Shown here: one piece after another, positions 56,169-64,000 of the stretch
Layout of the letters: each line of letters starts with the position of its first letter
Numbering within the stretch: the first letter of the stretch is position 1
Source of the DNA: Gammaproteobacteria bacterium
GTDB taxonomy: Bacteria > Pseudomonadota > Gammaproteobacteria > JAJFKG01
Length of the DNA stretch: 64,000 nucleotides
Reading direction: 5' to 3'
Assembly (NCBI GenBank): GCA_965116795.1
Contig: OZ220716.1
Location: 1,066,503-1,130,502, forward strand
Position numbers and translations under genes: made by a program
The notes under the pieces: generated by a model
Told to the model about the DNA's origin: nothing
The model's database searches: none
What the model saw: only the letters and a program-made list of their open reading frames with translations

Positions 56169-56711
56169 ATGGGTGTTTCTATTCGAGAATATGCCAGACA
56201 ACGTGGTGTCAGCGATACGGCGGTTCGCAAAGCTATTAAGCAAGGGCGCATTAGCAAAGAGCCTGATGGTAGCATTAACATTAAACGTGCCGATAAACAA
56301 TGGCGTACCAATACCGTTAATCCCCAGACCAACATTATGAAACCCGTGCCTGCCTCTGCCCTGCAAGATGTGGCCACAACGTTGCGTGAAAATGGCCAAA
56401 CACCTGGCGCACAGGGCAGCACCTATTTGGAAGCCAAGACGGCCAATGAAATCATCAAAGCTCAAACCAATCGGCTGCGCTTTAAGCAACTCAAAGGTGA
56501 ATTAATTGACAGGAAAACAGCGTGTGATCACGTCTTTCAGCTGGGACGACAAGAGCGCGATGCTTGGGCTTCTTGGCCAGCGCGCATTGCCAGTCAGATG
56601 GCAGCAGAGCAGGATGATTTACATGATCCATACCGATTGCAAATTATTCTTGAACGTTACGTACGTGAACATCTGACTGAGTTAAGTACCCTTGAACCAC
56701 ATTTTCAATAA
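56169..56711 (+). CDS. Terminase small subunit
   Basis: Paralog of 6355..6882. Confidence 0.75.
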   Translation: MGVSIREYARQRGVSDTAVRKAIKQGRISKEPDGSINIKRADKQWRTNTVNPQTNIMKPVPASALQDVATTLRENGQTPGAQGSTYLEAKTANEIIKAQTNRLRFKQLKGELIDRKTACDHVFQLGRQERDAWASWPARIASQMAAEQDDLHDPYRLQIILERYVREHLTELSTLEPHFQ

Positions 56712-56720
56712 AGCAAATTT

Positions 56721-58748
56721 ATGCGCGAGCAAGTGATTATTACCTCATGGCAATCGAGTCTTAGCCCCGATTGCTTTTTAACGATCTCACAATGGGCAGA
56801 TGAGTATCGCACCTTATCACCCAAAGCCGCGGCAGAGCCTGGGCGTTGGCGCACCCATCGTACACCGTATTTGCGTGAGATTATGGATGCGTTATCCCCG
56901 CACTCGCCGATTCAGCGGGTTATCTTTATGAAAGGGGCGCAGATTGGTGGGACTGAAGCGGGAAATAATTGGATTGGCTATGTGATACATCTATCACCTG
57001 CGCCAATGATGGCGGTGGCTCCAACAACGGAGTTAGCTAAACGTAATTCTAAGCAGCGTATTGATCCACTTATTGAAGATTGCGCCGCATTAAAAGAGAG
57101 AGTAAAACCCGCACGTTCGCGTGATTCAGGCAATACCGTGTTATCAAAAGACTTCCCGGGTGGTGTGTTAGTAATGACTGGTGCCAACTCAGCAGTTGGG
57201 TTACGTTCTATGCCAGCACGTTATCTATTTATGGATGAAGTGGACGGTTACCCAGGAGACATCGAAGGTGAAGGTGATCCGATTGTATTAGCCGAAAGAC
57301 GCAGTGCCACCTTTCAAACCAGGCGCAAAATATTTTTAGTCAGCACACCAACGCTCAAAGGCTTATCACGAATTAATCGTGAGTTTGAGCAGACTGACCA
57401 GCGTTACTATCATATACCGTGTCCACATTGTCAGCATTTCCAAGCATTACGTTTTGGTCAATTACGTTGGGAGGAAGGTCATCCTGTTGATGTTGCTTAC
57501 CAATGTGAGTCATGCGATGAACACATTGCAGAGCACCATAAAACAGATTTATTAGCTAACGGTAAATGGGTGGCTACGAATGATAATCCGCAACAACGCC
57601 ATACCGTTGGTTATCACTTATCAAGTTTGTATAGCCCGATTGGGTGGTTTAGTTGGTCAGATGCAGCGAGTCTTTATGAACAAGCTAAAGCGCATCCTGA
57701 GCTCATGAAAAGTTTTGTGAATACCGTATTAGGAGAGCCGTATGAAGAAGAACACGATGCACCGGACTGGGAAGCAATTTACTGCAGACGCGAAACGTAT
57801 CCACAAGGTATTGTCCCGCCTGGTGGATTGTTTCTTACAGCTGGTGTTGATATTCAAAAAGACCGTATTGAGTGTGAAGTCACTGCTTGGTCGCGTGATA
57901 AGCAAAGCTGGTCAGTTGATTATAAAGTGTTGGCAGGTGATACAGCACGTGCTGATGTCTGGCGACAATTAGAAGCCGTATTACAACACGATTGGCCGCA
58001 TGCATCCGGGCATACGATGCCTATTAGAGTGATGGCGGTTGATAGCGGTTATGCCACTCAAGAAGTGTATAACTGGGTACGCCAACACTCACAAGCGATT
58101 TGGGGTGGCGGCGGTGCCAGAGCCAACCAGCCGCGCACTGTTGTTGCAGTGAAAGGACGTGATAGAGATACGGCACTTATTTTGAGTGTCTCCAAAGTCG
58201 ATGTCAGTGGCAGACGTCGCGGATTACGTGTATGGAATGTCTCCAGCTCCATTGCCAAGGTAGAATTCTATCGCTGGTTAAAGTTGGAATGCTCCATTAG
58301 CGATGATGATAGCCAACCTACCGGTGCTCCGGCAGGCTATTGTCATTTCCCGCAATACGAGCCAGAATATTTCAAACAACTAACCGCCGAGAAACGTATT
58401 ATTCGCGTACACCACGGTTATCCTAAAGCCGTCTGGGAGAAAGACCCAACACGACGCAACGAAGCCTTAGATTGTCGCGTCTATGCCAGAGCCGCAGCCA
58501 GTATTTATGGCTTAGACCGATTTAATGAGCACCATTGGCAACAGTTTGAAGCGGCATTAGGGAAACCAGTACCAGAAAAAAGTGATGTAGAAACATCAAC
58601 GTTAACAGCAACACCAACAAAAGTTGTCACAACGCCACCATCGGGTAGAAGTGCCTTCTTGCGGGCGATGATACAACAACGCCCCATGCAATTACCGGAT
58701 GACCCTTACCTACAAGGGGATGATGACTTTGATGTGACTGATTTTTAG
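56721..58748 (+). CDS. Terminase large subunit, gpA family
   Basis: Near-identical to 6875..8917 except N-terminus. Confidence 0.95.
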   Translation: MREQVIITSWQSSLSPDCFLTISQWADEYRTLSPKAAAEPGRWRTHRTPYLREIMDALSPHSPIQRVIFMKGAQIGGTEAGNNWIGYVIHLSPAPMMAVAPTTELAKRNSKQRIDPLIEDCAALKERVKPARSRDSGNTVLSKDFPGGVLVMTGANSAVGLRSMPARYLFMDEVDGYPGDIEGEGDPIVLAERRSATFQTRRKIFLVSTPTLKGLSRINREFEQTDQRYYHIPCPHCQHFQALRFGQLRWEEGHPVDVAYQCESCDEHIAEHHKTDLLANGKWVATNDNPQQRHTVGYHLSSLYSPIGWFSWSDAASLYEQAKAHPELMKSFVNTVLGEPYEEEHDAPDWEAIYCRRETYPQGIVPPGGLFLTAGVDIQKDRIECEVTAWSRDKQSWSVDYKVLAGDTARADVWRQLEAVLQHDWPHASGHTMPIRVMAVDSGYATQEVYNWVRQHSQAIWGGGGARANQPRTVVAVKGRDRDTALILSVSKVDVSGRRRGLRVWNVSSSIAKVEFYRWLKLECSISDDDSQPTGAPAGYCHFPQYEPEYFKQLTAEKRIIRVHHGYPKAVWEKDPTRRNEALDCRVYARAAASIYGLDRFNEHHWQQFEAALGKPVPEKSDVETSTLTATPTKVVTTPPSGRSAFLRAMIQQRPMQLPDDPYLQGDDDFDVTDF

Positions 58749-58758
58749 GAAAAGTACT

Positions 58759-58992
58759 ATGCCTGTTACCGACTTAACAACATTGCAGACACGATTAAAG
58801 GAAGCCGAAAACGCCTATCATTTATTAATGACAGGGAGTCAAGAAGTCAGTGTGCATATCGATGGCTATGGGTCTGTCACCTATACCTCCACCAACATGA
58901 CACAGTTAGAGCGCTACATCACCAATTTAAAAATGATGCTGACTCAGCAATCCGGTCGTGGTGGACGTAAAGCCATTTTTGTCGAGTTTTAA
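58759..58992 (+). CDS. gpW-like protein
   Basis: Paralog of 8956..9189. Confidence 0.75.
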   Translation: MPVTDLTTLQTRLKEAENAYHLLMTGSQEVSVHIDGYGSVTYTSTNMTQLERYITNLKMMLTQQSGRGGRKAIFVEF

Positions 58993-58993
58993 T

Positions 58994-60505
58994 ATGCGCA
59001 TGTATCCAAGCAAACACGCTGATACGGCGCACCGTGGTGCATCGCATAGCGCTAGCGAATTACGCTCCTGGCAGCCGCCAAAAGGGTCAGCCGACAGTGA
59101 TTTGTTGCCAGAGCTTGATACATTAGTATCGCGTTCACGTGACTTAGTTCGCAATCACGGTGTCGCCAGTGGTGCGATACAAACGCTAACCGACAATATT
59201 GTTGGCTCTGGGTTACGCTTAGCGGCGCGGCCTGATTATGTAGTATTAGGTAAAACAAAAGAATGGGCTGATGCGTGGGCACGGCAAGTGGAATCTCACT
59301 TTCGCACCTGGGCAGAGTCAACAACCTGTGATGCCGCGAACTCATTGACATTTTCTGGGCTCACGATACAAATATTTCGTTCGTCCATGTTAAATGGTGA
59401 AGCGTTAGCATTGCCATTGTGGTTGCCAAACAGAGGTGAGTTTGCAACAACACTACAATTAGTAGAACCGGATAGGTTAAGCAATCCCAATGGCGAACAA
59501 GATAATCAAACGTTGCGCGGTGGTATTGAGATTAATCAATACGGTGCACCGGTGGCATATTGGATTAAACGCACCCATCCTGGTGACACATTTATGCTGG
59601 CGCAAGATGATGATTGGCAACGACTTTCAGCAACAACCAAGTTTGGTCGCCAACGTGTGATACACATTCATGATAAAGAGCGCACGGGACAAACGCGTGG
59701 CAAACCGCTGTTAACCAGCGTGTTGCCATTATTTAAAACACTAGACCATTACGAACGCAGTGAATTACAAGCCGCGGTTGTTAATGCGATGATAGCCGCC
59801 TTTGTAGAAACCCCGCTAGATAATGATGCCATTAGTGATTTATTTGGGGGTGATGTTAACGATTACATGAAAGCACGTAATGAATGGCGATTGCGTTTAC
59901 AAAGCGGTGCCATTATTCCGGTATTTCCTGGCGATAAAGTCTCTGCCTTTACCCCAAGCCGACCTAACAGTGGCTATGGCCAGTTCGTGGAGAATGTACT
60001 GCGTCACATTGGCACCGGACTCAACCTCCCGTTTGAACTGTTAATGAAGGATTTCTCTAAAACCAATTACTCCAGTGCTCGCGCTGCGCTAATGGAAGCG
60101 TGGCGCTTTTTTTCAGGGCGCAGGCAATGGTTAGCGACGTACTGGGCAAGACCGGTGTATGCGTTGTGGTTAGAGGAAGCCATTAACAAAGGATTGATTG
60201 AAGCTCCCAATTTCTATCAACAAAAACAAGCTTGGACGCGCTCTAAGTGGATTGGTTCCGGCAGGGGTTGGATTGACCCTGTCAAAGAAGCACAAGCCTC
60301 AAACATTCGGATGAATATTGGATTATCCACATTAGAAGAAGAATGCGCGGCGCAAGGTTTGGATTGGGAAGAAGTGTTAGAGCAGCGTGCTCGTGAGCAG
60401 GCCAAGCAAAAAGAATTGGGCTTAACCATAGATAACACCGTTGCCCCTTCACCTAAAAAACCGAATAACGATACGGTTAATGACGACGACACGAATACCA
60501 TTTAA
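58994..60505 (+). CDS. Portal protein, lambda family
   Basis: Paralog of 9192..10718. Confidence 0.95.
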   Translation: MRMYPSKHADTAHRGASHSASELRSWQPPKGSADSDLLPELDTLVSRSRDLVRNHGVASGAIQTLTDNIVGSGLRLAARPDYVVLGKTKEWADAWARQVESHFRTWAESTTCDAANSLTFSGLTIQIFRSSMLNGEALALPLWLPNRGEFATTLQLVEPDRLSNPNGEQDNQTLRGGIEINQYGAPVAYWIKRTHPGDTFMLAQDDDWQRLSATTKFGRQRVIHIHDKERTGQTRGKPLLTSVLPLFKTLDHYERSELQAAVVNAMIAAFVETPLDNDAISDLFGGDVNDYMKARNEWRLRLQSGAIIPVFPGDKVSAFTPSRPNSGYGQFVENVLRHIGTGLNLPFELLMKDFSKTNYSSARAALMEAWRFFSGRRQWLATYWARPVYALWLEEAINKGLIEAPNFYQQKQAWTRSKWIGSGRGWIDPVKEAQASNIRMNIGLSTLEEECAAQGLDWEEVLEQRAREQAKQKELGLTIDNTVAPSPKKPNNDTVNDDDTNTI

Positions 60506-60525
60506 CCACTCAAAGGAAATAGACT

Positions 60526-61707
60526 ATGCGCGCTTGGAACAAAGCCACCGGCGAGCCGTGGGCGATTACCCATGATGCTTTAAGTAACATACTTGATATT
60601 GCGGCAAGGCAAAACCAATCACCAGAAGTCGTCGCGGCTAAGTTAGGCCGTGAGTTACAGAACACGCGCCAGATGACAATTAATAACGGTGTAGCGGTGA
60701 TTCCGGTTGTTGGTGCCTTGTTTCGTTACGCCAACGTATTTACCCAAGTCAGTGGCGCATCCTCTTACGAGTTAATTGCCACCGATTTCAGAGATGCGTT
60801 TGCCGATAACGATGTGCAGTCCATTGTGCTTAACATTGATTCGCCAGGGGGCGAAGTGAATGGCTGTTGTGATTTGGCGCAAACCATTTATGAAGCCAGA
60901 GGTAAGAAGCCGATCATTGCCTATGCCTCTGGTGATGTGGCGTCGGGGGCGTATTGGATAGCAAGCGCTTGCGACAACATTATTGTTTCTAAGACTAGCA
61001 GCGTTGGCTCGATTGGCGTTGTTGGTGTGTACCGTGTTAACAAAGATGACAATAGCATTGAGATTGTCTCATCACAAAGCCCGCATAAACGTGTTGACAT
61101 CCAAACCGATGAGGGTCGTGCACGACTGCAACAACGCATTGATGCCATGGCCAATGTATTCATTGAAGCCGTTGCTACCTATCGCAACATTTCAGCTGAA
61201 TCAGTACAACAACGCTACGGCGGTGGTGATGTATTTATTGGTGAAGATGCCGTTAAGCAAGGCTTAGCCGATAACATCAACACATTCGATAACTTGCTTG
61301 CTGGGCTGCAACAGCAAACTTCTCAACCCATTTATTCACACTCACAGGAGATATCTACTATGACTGATAAAACATCTGAAAATACTGTATCAACCGATGC
61401 AGCAAATTTACTAGAAAAAGGCAAAATGCAAGAACGCGCTCGCATTCAAGCCATCTTAACGTGTGACGTCGCTAAGCATCGGCAACGATTAGCACAACAC
61501 CTAGCCTTTGCAACCAACATGGATGTCGAGCTTGCTAAACAAACGTTAGCTTCTGCCTCTACATCATCACCCCAAACAAATGATACCACTGGCTTTCAAG
61601 CGGCAATGAACAAACTTGAGAATCCCGACATTGTGCCAGGCAGTGCATCGGATAACGATGAAGCCGATGAAATTGATGCGGCTGTTAAACGCATCGCGAG
61701 TTATTAA
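60526..61707 (+). CDS. S49 prohead protease/scaffold
   Basis: IDSPGGEV, ASGAYWIASA. Confidence 0.92.
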   Translation: MRAWNKATGEPWAITHDALSNILDIAARQNQSPEVVAAKLGRELQNTRQMTINNGVAVIPVVGALFRYANVFTQVSGASSYELIATDFRDAFADNDVQSIVLNIDSPGGEVNGCCDLAQTIYEARGKKPIIAYASGDVASGAYWIASACDNIIVSKTSSVGSIGVVGVYRVNKDDNSIEIVSSQSPHKRVDIQTDEGRARLQQRIDAMANVFIEAVATYRNISAESVQQRYGGGDVFIGEDAVKQGLADNINTFDNLLAGLQQQTSQPIYSHSQEISTMTDKTSENTVSTDAANLLEKGKMQERARIQAILTCDVAKHRQRLAQHLAFATNMDVELAKQTLASASTSSPQTNDTTGFQAAMNKLENPDIVPGSASDNDEADEIDAAVKRIASY

Positions 61708-61756
61708 TGGCACTTTGGATAATTGCATTTCTATTGATTAGGAGGAGGAAACCATC

Positions 61757-62140
61757 ATGAGCGCACAAGGCTTTACTGACCAGGGCTCTATTAAGCCCGA
61801 TAATTTATTTGCAGGGGAATTCCCCAGTGTACAGCGTGTTGAAACCATTACTGGTGGAACAACACTGGTGCGTGGTAGCGTACTAGGCCGTATCACTTCA
61901 TCACGGCATTACACATTAAGCCAACACAAAGCTACCGATGGCTCACAAACGCCGGTGGCTATCTTAGCTGAAGACTGTGATGCAACAACAACAGATGTCA
62001 AAGCCGTTGTCTATCACGCCGGCGAGTTCAATGCCAAGGCTCTTACCTATGGCGAGGGCCATAATGCCACATCCGTTTGGAGCAGTTGGCGTAAAAACGG
62101 CAACAACACCTTATTCTTACGCAACAATCAAGAGGCTTAA
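61757..62140 (+). CDS. Head decoration protein
   Basis: Paralog of 12233..12616. Confidence 0.85.
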   Translation: MSAQGFTDQGSIKPDNLFAGEFPSVQRVETITGGTTLVRGSVLGRITSSRHYTLSQHKATDGSQTPVAILAEDCDATTTDVKAVVYHAGEFNAKALTYGEGHNATSVWSSWRKNGNNTLFLRNNQEA

Positions 62141-62144
62141 TCCT

Positions 62145-63176
62145 ATGGATATCTTTTCTACATTTATTTTAAATCGCACGATTGAATGTTTAGAGCGTTC
62201 ATCATCCTTTTTGTTAGATACTTTCTTTACTTCCGTGCAAATGGAAGAAAGTGCGGAAATCCACTTTGATATTAATGAATCTAAGCCTCGCTTAGCCCCA
62301 TTTGTATCACCTTTGGTCGCGGGTAAAGTGGTGGATGCACAAGGCTACAGTACTCAAAGTTTTAGACCGGCGTATGTGAAAGACAAACGCCGCTTTGATG
62401 CTAATACCCCATTAAAACGAGTTATTGGTGAAACGATTGGTGGCAGTCTTCCGGCTAACCGTCGTTTAGAAGCCGCTGTTAGCAAAGCATTACGCGACCA
62501 ATTAGAAAACTTAACCCGTCGTGAAGAAGTGATGGCAGCAGAAGTGTTAACCAAAGGCACCGTCACCGTATCTGGCGACAATTACCCAACCCAAGTGGTA
62601 GACTTCAAACGTGACCCAGGACTTACCATTAAATTAAATAACAATGACAAGTGGAGCAACCCAGAATCACCCGCCCTTGACCAATTAGAAGATTGGGCGA
62701 GCCTGATTCAAGAAAAATCTGGTGCAGTCGCTCGTCGTGTTATCTTAGACCCCAAGGCCTGGCGGTTATTACGCAAGAACAAGCAAGTTATCGGTCAACT
62801 GGAAATTCGTCGTGGTACAACGATTAACATCGATACTGACCCAATGGTACGCGGACAAGGCAATGAGAAAGCACGGTATGTTGGCTCCATTGGTGATTTT
62901 GATTTCCATGTTTACAATGACGTCTACGTTGACGATGAGAATACCGTACAACATTTGTTACCTGACCACACTGTATTACTGGTCAGTCAACAAAACTTAG
63001 AAGGCACACGGTGTTATGGCATGATACGAGATGAAAAAGCAGACTTTCGCGCGATGCGTTACTTCAGTAAAAGCTGGATGGAAGAAGACCCAGCCGTCAG
63101 ATGGTTGTTATTGCAGTCAGCCCCATTGATTATGCCCTATCGTCCGAATGCATCACTGTGTGCTTTGGTGGCATAG
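62145..63176 (+). CDS. Major capsid protein, lambda E family
   Basis: Paralog of 12619..13656; GAGG RBS before 62145. Confidence 0.92.
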   Translation: MDIFSTFILNRTIECLERSSSFLLDTFFTSVQMEESAEIHFDINESKPRLAPFVSPLVAGKVVDAQGYSTQSFRPAYVKDKRRFDANTPLKRVIGETIGGSLPANRRLEAAVSKALRDQLENLTRREEVMAAEVLTKGTVTVSGDNYPTQVVDFKRDPGLTIKLNNNDKWSNPESPALDQLEDWASLIQEKSGAVARRVILDPKAWRLLRKNKQVIGQLEIRRGTTINIDTDPMVRGQGNEKARYVGSIGDFDFHVYNDVYVDDENTVQHLLPDHTVLLVSQQNLEGTRCYGMIRDEKADFRAMRYFSKSWMEEDPAVRWLLLQSAPLIMPYRPNASLCALVA

Positions 63177-63177
63177 G

Positions 63178-63495
63178 ATGTTACCTGCATTTTTACAAGC
63201 CACTGACAGATTGTTTGCCCGCTTAGGGGTACAAGCTACCTATCATCCACAAGGCACAAGCAATAGCATTACCTTGCCAGTCATTTTAAAAATACCAGAC
63301 CACATTGTGGATTTCGGTGAAGCGCATTTGCATACGTCAACACAAGTGATTGATGTGAAATGCAATGATGTTAAAGAACCGAAAATAGGTGACATCATTA
63401 CCATTGATACATCATCTTATCGCATCCAAAGCGAACCGGCACGTGACTTACATGGATTAATCTGGAAAATAGACGTGATTAAAGTATGCAGTTAA
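63178..63495 (+). CDS. Head-tail joining protein
   Basis: Paralog of 13659..13976. Confidence 0.7.
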   Translation: MLPAFLQATDRLFARLGVQATYHPQGTSNSITLPVILKIPDHIVDFGEAHLHTSTQVIDVKCNDVKEPKIGDIITIDTSSYRIQSEPARDLHGLIWKIDVIKVCS

Positions 63496-64000
63496 AAGCG
63501 GCATTCAGTGGTCGTTTAGATAAATATCTCAAAGACAATTTAAAAGAAGCCGAGCATGCTGTCACGACTGGCATTAAAACAGCAACAAACAACTTAAAGT
63601 TGCAAATGCGTAGCCAAGTGATAGCGGCCAATTTGGGTAAACGCTTAGCCAATAGTTGGCGCGGAGATGTATACCCGAAACAAAAAACGAGTTTGAATGC
63701 AGCAGGTCATGTCTATGCACGTGCGCATAAAATTCTCACCAACTTTGAACAAGGCAGCCTCATTCGAGGACGTAAAGGATTGTGGCTCGCTATTCCCACA
63801 CCCAATGTGCCGAAACGTGTTGGCGGTAAACGCCCGATGCCAGGTGACATTGAACGTGCTTGGAATGTAAAACTACGCTTTGTATATCGCTCTAATGGTG
63901 CATCACTGCTGGTATTAGATAACCGGCGTGCCTCTTACAGTCGCAAGACAGGTCAGTTACGTGGCTTTCGTAAAGCCAGTCAATCAGCATTACGTACTGG
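63486..64000 (+). CDS. DUF6441-like neck protein, partial
   Basis: MQLKAAFSGRLDKYLK..., paralog of 13967..14614; runs off window. Confidence 0.7.
   Translation, partial: MQLKAAFSGRLDKYLKDNLKEAEHAVTTGIKTATNNLKLQMRSQVIAANLGKRLANSWRGDVYPKQKTSLNAAGHVYARAHKILTNFEQGSLIRGRKGLWLAIPTPNVPKRVGGKRPMPGDIERAWNVKLRFVYRSNGASLLVLDNRRASYSRKTGQLRGFRKASQSALRT

Larger units (their letters stand above)
41300..64000 (+). mobile_element. Prophage B (left boundary uncertain; continues beyond window)
   Basis: Replication/recombination module on minus strand, cos, methylase, terminase, head genes paralogous to prophage A. Confidence 0.9.

Noticed and set aside
54400-64000. Prophage B as an assembly duplication of prophage A
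   Set aside because: Numerous synonymous substitutions, indels and gene-content differences show two distinct elements
1-64000. tRNA or rRNA genes
   Set aside because: No cloverleaf or rRNA signature recognised; GTTCGAA at ~41002 lacks tRNA context

Overview
The window holds two related, same-orientation prophages with lambda-like head genes (terminase gpA, portal, S49 protease, gpD/gpE-like capsid). Their early genes (large serine recombinase, DUF2924, primase-helicase, RuvC-like, ParB-methylase) recall Wolbachia-WO-type elements. Prophage A (<1 to ~32.1 kb) has head, long-tail and lysis genes. Prophage B (~41.3 kb to >64 kb) has the replication module and head genes. Between them lie two eukaryote-like protein kinases (WD40x7-SH3-kinase-SH3 and MLKL-N-like-kinase-Sel1), an Rpn nuclease, and two exact-length 253-bp tandem repeats whose junction is interrupted by an ORF-less group II intron. 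The main non-coding observations are: (1) an IS110 element in the tail-tip gene whose left end encodes a readable bridge RNA, with four guides matching the actual target and circle junction; (2) lambda-like cos sites in both prophages, 49,780 bp apart, with different predicted cohesive ends; (3) intron EBS1/EBS2 matching the repeat junction; (4) a triplicated promoter-ORF-terminator cassette inside the lysis operon; (5) a GATC-dense 24-bp tandem array with palindromic operator-like sites. Family names come from motif recognition only; no database search was run.
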